DNA from: the human T2T-CHM13v2.0 reference genome, Homo sapiens
Assembly: GCF_009914755.1 (NCBI RefSeq)
Contig: NC_060929.1
Direction: 5' to 3' (one strand)
Length of the DNA stretch: 64,000 nucleotides
The translations under genes were made by a program, and so were the position numbers. Below, in pieces: positions 11,952 through 26,598 of the stretch (position 1 is the stretch's first letter; each line of letters starts with the position of its first letter). Under the pieces are notes generated by a model. It was not told where the DNA came from. It made no database searches and was given only the letters and a program-made list of their open reading frames with translations.

Positions 11952-14900
11952 CCAAAAAGCAAAAAACCAAAAACAAAACCCTATCAGTGCCATTTACCTG
12001 AATTCCCAGTTTCCGTATTTAAATGTCTGATCAATCATTCAGTTCCAATACAGACATGATGTTTGAAGGCCACTTTGTAATGGTTTTACCCTGGTTCAGA
12101 TTATTTGCAATCCAGGGGGAAAAATGTGCATTCTGTGCAAAAGCAAATAGAAAACATATCTGAGCACAAATCAAAAGAATGATTACCACACTCATGCTCT
12201 GTACCCATTACGGGGTCCCCAAGGCTCTCATTCTGTTTGTCTTGGTACTTTCTCTTTAGCTGCTTTGGTTGGACTGGGTGGGAAAAACAACAACCCACAA
12301 AACCCTAGGCAGAGAATGAGGCTGGTGGAAATGGGTAACATGAAAAGATGTGACATCCTTCAAGGGCTTGGCACTTCAGACTTCATTTTGGGGGAAGCTG
12401 CTTGGGGAGACCTCCTCGGGTTCCCATGGAGGTCGTTGCTGAGTGTGTGTCATGAAGTGCCTGACCATTAGCGGGAGGGCAACCCTGCTCTCATTTCAAT
12501 CTCTAGCAAGCTCTCACTCAGTGGGTAATGAAAAATGGCATTTGCACAAAGTGGAGAGAAAAAGCATTGTTTCTATAGCATATTATACTTTCCACTGCTC
12601 AGGGAACAACATTTCATAACCTATAAAAAGAATTATCTGTATAACTTACTGTGCATGGCAGAAAAGTTGCAATATGGCTTTAAAAGAGCTGCCTCCAACT
12701 GCAAAACACACTCTATCTCTCCCACTCCCCACTGACAGAATAGCCTGTGTTTATAAGCAAATCCACTCAACCCCTTAATGATGACCTAGAATAAACATCT
12801 GACATACACTAGCTTTCAAGCTCTTCTATGTTTAGGCATGAATTGTTCATTTCTATGCCTTTTGTATCCAGCCTGAAGGAAAGACAAATGATACAAGGGA
12901 TGATTTACATTATCAGTGGAGGCAGAGGTTATGTCTGTGTTTATCTGATCCTCTTTTATTGTGTAACTAACAGTGAGATAACCAGCCTGGTGCACAATGA
13001 CCATTCAATTTGAGCCACCCACCCTATGTCCATGTTGACTTTAATTTTAAAATATATTAAAAAGACAAGCCCTTGTATAGTAACACAAGGTTTATTTGGT
13101 TCAGGCAGGCATGTAGGAAAGGTATGGATTTCTCATTTAGTGTTAGGCTTCCTCCACACTTACCTTTCCATAAAGCCTGCAAGAGTATTGCCACTGGGGC
13201 TTTCCTCTCTAATTGCACTAGGAGAATTGGTACTCCACTTTACGAGGATGATGTGGATGCCCAGCTCTGGTTGATCCTGTACTCTTAGTAGAGCATGGGA
13301 AACTTGGAACAAATTTACCTAGCATCAGAAAAGACCACAGGGAGTATGCATGATCCTGGAGAACAGGTAAGCTTGCTTTTCCTTGAAGAAAAATCCAGTC
13401 ATCTCGAAAACTGTCAGTCTGGCTTGGAAGATAATTTCATGAAACCAACCACAGGCCTTCAGGGAAACCTATACCACAATTGAACATAGTTCCCCAAGAT
13501 GGTATTCACTAAATATCCCCTTTGGGGAAAACTACCCATTCTTATGTAGTAGGAATTGATTTCTAAAGGGAAAAAATACTTTTAAACTCTCCAGGATCTG
13601 TCTAGTCATGAGGGTGCCAATCTTTGAAGTCCTCTTAATCTCACCTGCAGGGGATCTCTATGGAAATCATGGAGATGGAGTGGTGGTGGAAGATAAGCTC
13701 ATGGAGATGGAATGATAGTGATGGTGGAAGATAAGATGGTTCCATATATCAGGTCCTATGCCCTTCTTTGAATTGGCTCAAAGAATATGGGGTCAGATGA
13801 AAGAAACACACTCCACCTCGTTGCTCTAAGGAAACTATAGAACCTGGACAGAATGTATAAGGAACACAAAAATTAAATAGTAGCAAGCAAATTGAGGAAA
13901 AAGGCCAGAATTTGGAGTATCGCTGAATTTATGGTGAGTTTATTATTTTTCCTCCCTGATATCTCCCATTCTGAACACAACGTGGCCTGAAAGCCAGAAG
14001 TGGGCACCAGGGAGCAGAGAGAACTCCAGGAGAAGCTGGTTCAAGGAGCAGGAGATTCTAACTCTCAGAAAGAGTGCAAAACTCCATTAATACTTTTTTA
14101 TTTTCTCTGTTCTCTCATACTCCAGCCCCCAAGCAATCTCTTAATGGCAGTAATAGGAACAAAGGAAGCAATGAAGAACAGAATCAATGAAATTGAAAAC
14201 AGAAAAATAATAGAGGATAAACAAAGAACCCAAAAGTTGGTTCTTTGCAAAGATCATTAAAACTGTTGAAACTGATAGGCCTTCAATAAGATGAAGTGGG
14301 GCAGGGGAGAGAGGAGGATGAGGAGGAGGAGGAGAAAAAGGAAGAGGAGGAGGAGGGAGAGGGAGAGAGAGAGAGAGAGAGAAAGACTAGTATTATTGAC
14401 ATCAAGAATGAAAGAGAAGATACTGCTATAGATCCTATATACCACAATAAAAAAACAAGCATCAGGGAATACTACAAACAACTCAATAAAAAAAAAGCAT
14501 CAGGGAATACTACAAATAATTCTATGCACATAAATTCAACAACTGAGAAGAAATATACCAATTCCTTGAAAAGCCCAAACTATCAGGACTCTCAAGATAA
14601 AATAGATAACCTAAATAGTTCTATAACTATTAACAAATGGAATTTGTCATTAAAATTCTTCTGAAAAAAAATCTACAGGGTACAGATGATTTCACTGATT
14701 AATTCTTCTAAAATTTAAAGAGAAATGAGATCAGCTCTACACAATCTCTTCTAGAAAATGGAAGAAAACACTCCTAACTCATATTATGAAGCCAGCATTA
14801 ACCTGATATCAAACACATATGTTTTGTCTCATTGATTTTTGCTCTATTTTTTATTGCTTTTTTCCTCCTGCTTGCTTTGGGTTTTTCTCTTTCTAGTTTC

Positions 14901-16023
14901 TTCAGGTGAAAGCTTACATTGTTGACTTAAATCCTTTCTTTTTTCCTAGCATTATTAAACGTTTTAAATAAGCATTTAATGTAGAAGTTTTCCTCTAATC
15001 ACTGCTTTACCTGCATCTGCATCTTATAAAGATACATACAAAAAAAGATAATAAACACAAAGATAATAAAAACACAAAGATAACAAAAAAAAAAACCTAC
15101 GGAGCAGTATTCCTGATTAACATAAACACAAAAAAACTCTTCAACATATTAGCAAGTCAAATCAAGCTATACATAAAAAGAATTATCATACCATGACCAA
15201 GTGTAATCCACTATATTAACAGTTTAAGAACCCAAATCACACATTCATTTGATTTGCTGTGGAAGAATCACATGACAAAATTCAACATCTATTCATGATA
15301 AAAACTCTTAGAAAATTGGAAATTGAAGGGGACTTCCTCAAACAATAAATAGCACATATAAAAAACTAGCTGACATGATGCTTAATGATAAAAGATTATG
15401 TACTTTGCTTCTAAAATAGGGAACAAGACAATAATCTCCATACTCACTACTCCTACTCAACATTGTGCTGGGAGTTCAAGCAAGCACAGTGTTGAACATA
15501 AAAGACAAGAAAGACAACAGATAAAAAAGACAAAATAAGTGAGTCATATATATTGGAAAGGAGGAAATAATACTATCCCTATTCACCAAGTGTCATATAT
15601 GTCTATGAAGGCAATTCCAAGGGATCTACAAAAAAGTCTCCTAGAACAAAGAAGTGAGTTTAATGAGATTGCAGGATACAAGGTAAGTACAGAAAAATTA
15701 ATAATATTTTTATGTAATAGCAATGTATAATTAGAAAACAAATTTTAAAAATTTATAGTAGCTTTGAAAAGTGAGATATTTAGCTATAAATATAACAAAA
15801 CACCCACAGGATCTGTGCAAAAAACTACAAAATGATAATTACAGGAATCAAGAAAGACCTAAATAAATGAAGAGGCATACCCCATTCGTGGATTGAAAAA
15901 CTCAAAGTTGTAAAGAGGTCAGTTAGCCTCAGACTGATCTGTAGATTTAACACAATTCCAATCAAAATATCCTACCTGGCATTTTTGTAGGTAGAGACAA
16001 GTTGATTCTAAAATTTATATGGA

Positions 16024-18100
16024 GACTATCCATTCTCCATTGTGCATTTTTGGCACTGTTGTTGAAGATCAGATGACTGTATATATGTGGATCTATTTCT
16101 CAACCCTCACTTCTGTTCCATTGATCTATATACCTGTTTTTATGCCAATACTATACTGTTTTAATTATTGTAGCTTTGCAATATATTTTTCAATCAGGAA
16201 GTGTGATGTCTCCAGCTTTGTGCTTCTTTCTCAAGACTGATTTGGCTATTTGGAGTCTTTTGTGGCTTCATGTGAATTTTAAAATTGTTTTATCTATTTT
16301 TGTAAAAAATGCCATTTGGGATTTTGATACGGATTACATTGACTCTATAGGCCACTTTTGGTAATAGGGACATTTTAACAATATTAAGTCTTCTGATCCA
16401 TGAATACATAATATCTTTCAATTCATTTATGTATTTCTTTCTTTCATCAATGCTTTATAGTTTTCAGTATATAACTCTTTCATCTCCTTGGTTGCCTATT
16501 CCTAAGTATTTTAATTATTGATGTTACTGTAAATGGAATTGTTCTTAATTTCCTTTTTGGATAGTTCATTATTAGCCTATAGAAATGCAACTGATTTTTG
16601 TACCTGCAACTTTATTGAATTCATTTATTAGTTCTAATAGGTTTTTGTGGAGTCTTCATGGCTTTCTACACATAAGATCATGCCATCTGTAAAGAGGTAA
16701 TTTTATTTCTTCCTGTCTGATTTGGATGACTTTTATTTCTTTTTCTGGCCTGGCTACGACTTCCTGTACAATGTTGCCTAGAAATACTTTCAGTGCTATG
16801 TTGAGAGTGAGCATCCTTGCCTTGCTGATCTTACAGGAAAAGCTTTTGTTAATTTACCATTGAGTCTGACATCACTGTGAGCTTTTAATATACAGCCTTT
16901 ATTAAGTTAAGGTAAATTCCTTCTACACCTAGTTTGTTGAGGGTTTCTTTTTTTTCATGAAAGGATTTTTAATTTTGTTAAATGCGTTTTCTACATCTTT
17001 TGGGATGATCATGTAATTTTGAATCCTTTTTAAATGTCCTGTATTACTTTAATTGCTTTGCATATGTTGAACCATCCTTGCATCCCAGGGATAAATCCTA
17101 CTTCATCATGGTATATGGCCTTTTAAATTTATTAAGAAGACTGTATGTATACATGTGAAAGAATGAAATTGTACCCTTATCTGACACCATACATATAAAT
17201 CAATGCAAAATTGGTTAAAGATTTAAACATAAGACCTGAAACTTTAAAACTCCTAGAAGCAAACATTGAGGAAAAGCTTCATGACATTGGTCTTGGCAAT
17301 GATTTCTTGGATATGACATCAAAATCACAAGCAACAGAAGCAAAAATAGACAAGTGGGACTACATCAAACTGAAAAGATACTGTATAACAAAGGAAACAA
17401 TCAACAGACTGGGAGAAAATATTTGCATACCATATTCTGATAAGAGTTTAGTATCTAAAATAAGATTAAAAAACACCTTCAGCTGAATAGCATAAAAATA
17501 AAATAACCCAACTAAAAAATTGGCAAAGAACCTTGAATAGACATACCTCCTAAGAACATATACAGAGATATCTGCATTTCCATGTTTGTTGCAGCGTTAT
17601 TCATAATAGCCAAGATATGGAATCAACCTAAGTGTCTGTCAACAGATGAATGGATAAATAAAAGGTGGTATTTATACACAATGGAACACTATTTAGCCTT
17701 AAAATAGAAGTAAATCCTGCCATATGTGACAACATGAATGAACCTGAAGGACATTATGCTAAGTGAAAGAAGCCAATCACATAAAAACAAATGGCTGTAT
17801 GATTTCACTTATAAGAGATATCTAAAATAGCCAAATACATAAAATAAGAGAGTAGGACTGTAGTTGCCAGGGATAAAGAGAAGAGGGCAATGAGGGATTC
17901 GTCTTCAATGGGTATGAAGTTTCAGTTATGCAAGACAAACATGTTCTAGAGATCTACTGTACAATATTGTGCCTACAATTAATATTGTGCACTTAAAAAC
18001 TTAAAAGGGTAGATATGTTGACATGTTAAGTGTCCTTACAACAGTGAAAAAAATAATATATCTGTTATAAACATTTAAAAAACAAAAAGTAAAGTCATAA
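16024..18100 (+). mobile_element. L1MA/MB-like element with 5' inversion (16024-~17125 antisense, ~17130-18100 sense) nested in the host L1
   Basis: Antisense ORF2 text abuts sense ORF2 (ORF 17211..17486 VKDLNIRPETLKLLE) and a 3' UTR; TSD aaaatttatatgga (16010-16023) / aaagtttatatgaa (18101-18114). Confidence 0.8.
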
Positions 18101-19212
18101 AAAGTTTATATGAAAATTCAAAGCAATTATTTTAGTATTTGAAAACAGAATAAGACTGGAGGAATCACACCACCCGACAATAAGACTAATTATGAAGCTA
18201 GAGTAATTAAGACAGTATGGTATTGACAAAGGAAAAGGTTCAGGATTGTTGGAAGAGAATAGAGTCTAAAAATAGACCCCAAAACAGACAGCTAATTGAT
18301 TTCTGACAAAGGTGCACAAACAGTTCAATGGAGAAAGAATAATGTTGTCAACAAATGGTATTAAAACAGTTGAAAACCTACATGCAAAAAAAGAACCCTG
18401 ACTTAAACCTCATACTTCATACAAAAATTAACTCCAAATGGATTATAGACTTAAATATAATAGGTAAAACTATAAATCTTTTAGAAAAAAACCTAGAAAA
18501 AAATCTTATTATCTGTTATTATGCAGAGTTCTTAGACATGACTCCAAAAGCACAATTTATTTTTAAAAATTGACAAATGGACTTTATCAAAATTAAGAAC
18601 TTTTACTCTGTGAGAGATCTATCTTGGAGAATGAAAAGTCAATACACACACTGGGAAAATACATTTTCGAATTACCTATCTGGCCAAGGACTTGTATCTA
18701 CAATAGGTAAAGATTATTCAAAACTTAACATGAAGAAAACAGTTAACCCACTAAAAAATGGGCGAAGGTTTTGAACACATCACCAGTGAGGACATAAAGA
18801 AGGCAAATAAACACTTAAGTAGATGTTCAATATCATTAGTCATAAGGGAAATATAAATTAAAACCACAATTAGCTACCACTACAAATGTAGTGCACTTAA
18901 AAACTTAAGAGGCTAAGTTGCCACCACAAATGTAGTGATAGCTAATTGTAGTTTTAACTTCTATCTATTGAAGTAAAAGAAAAATGTTGACAACACAAAG
19001 TGCTGGTGAAGATGCAGAGCAAATGAAACTCTCACACATTGTAGGTGGGGATGCAAAATGCAGGACCCATCCTGGAAAACAGTTTGGAAGTTTCTTACAA
19101 AGTTAAACATGCACTTACCATATGACCCAGCAATCCTGCTCCTGTGTGTTTACCCTAGAGAAATGAAAACTTATGTTTTTATGAAAGCCTACACATGAAT
19201 GTTTTTAGCAGC

Positions 19213-19440
19213 TTTTTTTTTTGAGGCCAAGTCTTCTCACTTTGTTACCCAGGCTGGAGTGCCGTGTCATGGTCATGTCTCACTGCAGCCTTGACCTCCA
19301 TGGCTCAAGTGCACACCTGGCTAATTTTTGTATTTTTTGTAAAGACGGGATTTCACCATGTTGCCCAGGCTGGCCTCAAACTCCTGGGCTCAACTGATCC
19401 TCTCACCTTGGCCTTATAGGCATGAGTCACCGTGCCTGCC
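19213..19440 (-). mobile_element. AluJ with internal deletions
   Basis: Poly-T, aggctggagtgc...ctaatttttgtattttttgt...catgagtcaccgtgcctgcc; two segments missing. Confidence 0.9.
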
Positions 19441-19619
19441 AAAAGCTTTCATCCTAATTGCTCCAATCTGGAAATACTGTGAGTGTGCTTCAATGGATGA
19501 ATGGACAAACAAACTGTGGTACATCCATACATTGGAATATTTACTCAGCAATAAAAAGCAACAAGTGGATGAATCTCAGAGGCCTTTGAAAGGCATTATG
19601 CATGGAAGAATCCAGTCTC

Positions 19620-19959
<340 letters not shown>

Positions 19960-19962
19960 CTA

Positions 19963-20397
<435 letters not shown>

Positions 20398-20779
20398 TTA
20401 TATGTATATTATACAATGACTGAAATTCATAGACCTGTAAATATATACAGACACAAAGTCAGTTTTACTCTATAATGATCACAAAAGTAATCTAGGGAGC
20501 ATAGCTGTGAAGTGTTCCCTAATAGGTCCTCCCAACCTCCTTCTCCTTAGGGGGTCCAAGGCCTTTCCTTCCTCTCCTTGCTTCTGGATTCTGTCTCATA
20601 GTGCTCTTCTGTTTCCCTCCCAGTCTTGGCACTACCAGGCTGTAGCGCTTCATCCAGGTCTTGTCTGGGGCCGTGGCTCTGTGACTTTGTTCCACACTCT
20701 TCTTAGTCAAGAACAGCCACCAAAATCTACTGGGTTTTCAGCCAGTTCCCTCGAAAAACAAGCAAGCTACAACAAAAAC

Positions 20780-22750
20780 AGAAGTCATCTTTGATTTCTC
20801 TTTCTTCTACCTCCATATCCTATTTATTAGTGAGTATTGCCAGTTCTGCTTTCAAAATAGGTCCTGAACCTAATCCCTGCAGCCACCTCTGTCCAGGCCA
20901 TTGCCATCTTAGGCCTTAGCTACTGCAACAGGGTTCTATCTCGTCTCCCTGCTTCTACTTCTTCCCTGCTATTGTCTATTCCCAATGCAGCAATCAGAGT
21001 AATCCCACGAAAACACATACCATGTCATTTCTACTTACAGTCCTCGAAAATCTTCCCAGTGTATTTAGAATAAAAGCCAAGTACCGTCCCACGGCCTCCA
21101 CAGGGCTGGCCTCCTCCCCCTGCTTCCTCTGGTATTGTGCCCTGGCCACGCTGACCTTCTTGCTCTTTCCAGGATATGTGATGCTTATTCCCACTTCAGT
21201 GCTATTTTTTCTGCCTGGAACTGGCTTATCCCAGAAATCTGCATGGTCGCTACTTCAGATATTTCAAGACTCAGCCCTAAAGTCACTTCCTCAGAGAGAG
21301 CTCCTCTGCCCGTTTGTTTCAAATAGCTTCCCCAGGCTTCCAGTCTCTCTCTAGCCCCTTAATCTGATTTATCTTCTCTCAGCACTTAACCACCTCGTGC
21401 AAGGATGCTGGCTTCCCATGGCAACATAGAATCCACACTCATTACATCCTAGAATGTGCTATGTGACCTGGTTCGCGCCTCCCCTCTGACATAACCCTCT
21501 GCTCCTGAGGGGCAATTCCCTTTGCCGTGCCACTCCCTGTGCACCCCTCTAGACACACTGACTTCCTTGTGTTCCCGGAACAAAGCAAGCATGCTTCCAC
21601 CTCGGAATCTTTGCATTTGTGATTCCATCTCCCTGGAATGCTGTTCCTCCATAGAGCTTCCTAGCACATTCTCTGCTCAAATGACACTTAATCAGAGACT
21701 TTCTTGACCATCGTATATAAAATAGCAAGCCCTTCATCATTCTGTACTCCTCTTATCTGTCTTATTTTTCATGGCATTTATAACTACCTGGTGTGTGTAT
21801 AGCTATTCATCTGTTATGTGTTCTTAGCTCCCTGTACTAGGCTGTCAGCCTGCAGGGAGCCACGACTTTGTTTTGTCCACTATTGTCTTTCTCTGTGAGT
21901 CTCAGCCTCATTCATACCAATGTTGCTTTGAGGATGGCTGGGTGCAGGGAGGCACTGGAGTACCAAGAGCCCTGGAGAGACCCCTGGCCATGCGGCTGTT
22001 GTTCCTTGTCTGTCTCTCTCACCCGCATGTAAGCTCGATATTGGCGGTGACCGAGAGGCAGGGCCCAGTGCATAGTGGGTGCTCAAGAATAGTTGTAGAA
22101 TGAATGAATAAATGACAGAGGCCTTTGGATATTTAAAAAGGATGTTTTGGCTTTTAAAAGGAACTTTCCATGTTTTAAAACCTAAATGCAGAATAATGGT
22201 ATGAATTGGCCAGTGAGGAATTATCTTATGTGAAGTTTACTGCTAACATTTAAACATTTTCCCCTGCCTAGTAAAGACTTTTTGATGTCTTCCCATTGTT
22301 CTTAGGGTCATAATGCACTTTAAGATGGCTCCTGCCCCTTTGTCAGCCCACTTTCCCTTGCTCTGGGTCTCAGTCACACAACTCTCCTTTCAATTTCTCC
22401 TACTCGTGTTCCCTCCCAGTCCAGGGCCTCTGCCTGCAAGACTTCCTCTGTCTGGATGCTCTGGTCCCCACCCTCCCCAGAGTTAACTCCTCCTCACCCT
22501 CCCCATCTCCACTAAAGCCTCAGATCTTCAAGGGAAGCCCTCCCTGACACTCAGGCAAGGGTAATGTGCCCTCAAATCACCAGGCACCTCTGATGTACAC
22601 CCCAGATCCCAGGTGTGGCCTAACATGTGTTTGTGTGATTATATAGTTAATGCTCCCATGAGGGGGAACTGGGTCTGCCTTTACTTCACCATTAACTTCT
22701 CTGTAAACTAGCACTTCTGCAAACAGAATAGGCTTTAAAACAATATTTGT
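20780..22750 (+). mobile_element. Cluster of L2 fragments
   Basis: L2 phrases (gtcatctttgatttctc, tggcttcccatgg, gctcaagaatagttgtagaatgaatgaataaatga 3' end at ~22115); at least three pieces. Confidence 0.7.
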
Positions 22751-22752
22751 AA

Positions 22753-23068
<316 letters not shown>

Positions 23069-23779
23069 TTAATTAATGATATAAAAGCGACTTTTTTATA
23101 TAGCCTCAAGTTTAGTGTAAGGCAGTGAAGGTAATTGTTAAAACAAAAGTCAAGGAAACCCGTTAAGCTCTTAACCCCCTGGTACTGTTAAAAGATGAGA
23201 GATGCTGTAGTGTAGACAAGTTAGGACACCAGGCAGGTGAGTTTCCAGGGGCAGAGAGAGGAGATGAGCTTCACAGCTGCTGAGACCTGTCCCTCTGACT
23301 TGGGCAGGCATCATCGTTATTTGAAAGTACAACAGGGCCAAACCTTCAATCCAGTAACACAGCTGGTGCTCAGATTTTTTTTTTTAAACAACATCATGTG
23401 GAATTTTCTTTATGTCTTTCTACTAAAACTCAAAGGATGGGAATAAGAATAGAAGAGATCATTGAAATCAGCTCAACATAAGGTAACCTTTGAGCAGTCA
23501 GCTGTGTCCCACTGTGAACTGCCTGGCCACGAGTGTGCGTGGGGGAGAAGGGGGTGCAGAGGTCAAGGTGTCTCTCCTTGTCGGGGATGGTGTGGAGGTG
23601 ATGGTGTCAGGGATGGTGTTCTCAGGTCAAGAGGAGCAGGATCTGTCTGGTGACTTTTAACATGCCTTTCCACCTGGAAACCCCTCAGAGTTTATGTTCA
23701 TCCTTTGTGTTAGTCAAAGCTTAAATCCCCTTCCTTACCTAACCTTTGCTAGAAAGATGAAATCAGTATTTGCCTGGCC

Positions 23780-23925
23780 TGCTGCTCATTGGAATCACAT
23801 GGGGAGGGAGCCTAGCACCCACTTGAGACTAGTTAAATTAGAATATGTGGTGTGGGGCCCAGATATAGGTATTTTTAAAAAGCTCTTAAGTAATTCTAAA
23901 GTGCAGCCAGAGTTGACAGCCACTG
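23780..23925. mobile_element. MER5-type hAT fragment
   Basis: ggtatttttaaaaagctc...attctaaagtgcagccagagttgacagccactg end. Confidence 0.55.
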
Positions 23926-23998
23926 TAAAACAGGTAGTGCTGTGGACAGGTTTCCTTTTTCCTTCTCCTCTGATGCTCACTCGGTTCTCAGGCTGAAT

Positions 23999-24221
23999 CA
24001 AGCTTGGCCAAGCCATGGCCCACAGCCCGCAGGCAGCCCAGGACAGCTTTGAATGCGGCCCAACACAAATTCATAAACTTTCTTAAAACATAATGAGATT
24101 TTTCCGTCATTTTTTTTATTAGCTTATCAGCTTTCATTGGTGTTAGTGTATTTTATGTGTGGCCCAAGAGAATTCTTCTTCCAATGTGGCCCAGGGGGAG
24201 CCAAAAGATTGGCTACCCCTG
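23999..24221 (-). mobile_element. MER30 (hAT-Charlie)
   Basis: gctttgaatgcggcccaacacaaattcataaactttcttaaaac...ccaaaagattggctacccctg; 8-bp TSD ggctgaat / ggctaaat. Confidence 0.9.
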
Positions 24222-26259
24222 GGCTAAATGATCATAATGTGTGGCAGGCAGACTTCTGAGATGGTCACCAACAATCCTGTCTCCTGGCATTCCTGGCCTT
24301 GTGTAGGCCCTGACTCCTGGAGTGCACACTGGACTTGAACTCAGGTCCACTTAACCATCAGAGTAAAATGGCTAAGACTTTCAGAAGAGTGGGGAAGGGG
24401 AGCTAAAGAGTCCTGCATGAACTGAAAACTTGCATGCTCAATCTACAGTTATCAATGACCTCCGTCACTGCAGGTCCCTCCCCCAGCTCTAACCCCAACC
24501 CAAGGGGGATGACTTAGGGCTTGTTGGCCCTTTGGTACCCTAAGCATCCTGGCTAGAACCTTTCTTCAAGATTCTGCCCTTCTCCTTCTTTTGATCTTCT
24601 CTTGACCGCACCTGCCGGTCTGAACTGGGAGCTGGCATGGCACCTCTGTCTCTCTCAGCTAGAGAAAACCATCCTCTCATAGCAGAGCCAATCAGAACAA
24701 TGTTCTCCATAGTGTGGCTTAGGAGCTGCTTCTCTGGATCATGATTACATTCATTGCCACGGTGTGAACTCAAGCACCAGGGGCCAAGTTCTTTCCAGGA
24801 GCCCTGGGTCTGGCAGTGGGCTCCTCTGGCAGAGCCCACGTGCCTTCTCTTGGAGGGAGAGCAAACTGAGCCTTTCTGACCCCTGGGGCTGTTGGCATTT
24901 CTGTAGTGAAGTTTGGATTGCCAGGCCAATCAGTGCCCACTCCCTTAAATCTGCCCCCAGCATCCGAGGAGCTGCTCTGGGAATTCTGTTCCATGTCCCC
25001 AGTTTCCCCCACCCCCAGAGGCCAGCAGCCCTTTTGTTGGTTTGGCTCTCAGCTTAGATCATTGAAGCGATTTCAGCTCCAACTGGGCAACACTCAGCAT
25101 TTCATTTATGTCTTGGCAAGGTTACCATGTTATTACTTAACTGTGCCGCTGCTACTCAATAAGTGGGAACTGATTGAAATAACCACAGGAGTTACTGGAT
25201 TCCCCTAATTTTAGCACAGAGTTAAAGCTTACTCCCACAGTTGGAAGTTAAAATAGGCTGCCAGCCCACAGAAATGCCCACCCACCACACCTAATTGTCA
25301 CCCCACAGATGCCTGTCATGGAAGGAAACATGGAAGGCTGGAGAGAAGTTCTTAGAAGCAAGTTCTTCTCCTCAGTGGATGCCTGAGGTCATTTTGGCCA
25401 GGCCCAATTTCTTTGAGACTGTAAGCCTGGGGAAATTTGCATGACTGCTTTAGAGACTCCTGCTTTCTTCCCTGATTTGTCTGACAGGCAGTCGAAGTAC
25501 AGAGTGCACATTAGAACAACTGTAGAGAACAGAAACTCCTGTCCGGGGGTGCCTCCTTAAATGATTCATTCCTGGAGTCCAGATGTGGGGAAGGCAAAGA
25601 CCCTGAGAAATCTATGTAATTTGGAAAGCAGAAAAGAGACTTAATCCAAGTTAACTTGCTTTCTCTTGGTGTCATAGCCACCAACCACAACCCAATGACA
25701 CCACTTGAAGAAAAATTTGAAGTAAATGGCATCTTGTGAAACTTCCCCCATCCCAGAACACTCGAATTGTTTTTTTGTTTCTTGCTATTGAAAACTAGAT
25801 GTTACTAGATATGTTCTGAAGGCTTCTATGAAAAGTTATTTCTCATAGTGAGCCTGCTTCTTAATATTTCTCCTCCCTGTGCAATTTTGTGTTCTCTTGT
25901 ACCTACTTTAAGTTATAATCTGCTCTTAACATCTTAGTACAGCATAGTCGACCAGACTGTCAAGGGCAAAGTAGGGGATTAGAATTTGGAGATTTTTAGA
26001 GAAAGGGAAAGGCTTTCTCTGCAAGGTGTTTCCCAAGGGGACCCTGGGCAGCCTCCAGAATTCTTGGCAGTGGGCAGATCCCAGTCTCTCAGGCTTCATG
26101 GCCTCACAGCTGGACTGTGTGGGAGCCTCCTGACACTGGTTTTGGTGATTAGCATCAGATTAGTCATCTTTAGAGCTCTCTTCCTCCATGCCTGTCTCCT
26201 GCCCAAAAATGTCCGTGACTTTCTATTGCCTATAGGATGAAATCCAAATCCCCTAGGCT

Positions 26260-26598
26260 TTCTTTTTTCTCTCTCTGTCTCTTTCTTTCTCTCTCTCTCT
26301 TTCTTTCTTTCCTTCCTTCTTTCTTTCTGTTTTTCATTTTGTCACCCAAGCTGGAGTGCAGTGGCACAATCATGGCTCACTGCAACTTCAACCTCCTGGG
26401 TGCAAACGATCCTCCTGCCTCAACCCCCTAAGTAACTACAGGTGCATGTCACTACGTGTGGCTAATTTTTGTACTTTTTGTAGAGATGGGGTTTTGCTGT
26501 GTTGCCCAGGCTGGTCTCAAACTCTTGAGCTCAAGTGATTTGCCCACCTTGGCCTCCCAAATTGCTGGGATTACAGGTGGGAGCCACTGCACTTGGAG
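26260..26598 (-). mobile_element. AluJ with TC-rich tail, inside L2 remnants (~26170-26950)
   Basis: gctggagtgcagtggcacaatcatggctcactgc...ctcaagtgatttgcccaccttggcctccc. Confidence 0.9.

Noticed and set aside
13289-13372. Possible cassette exon ending at cag|gtaagc (13367)
   Set aside because: Acceptor is weak; a lone donor consensus is common by chance.
14296-14664. 122-aa ORF with acidic poly-E start
   Set aside because: GA-rich simple repeat fused to decayed L1 ORF2.
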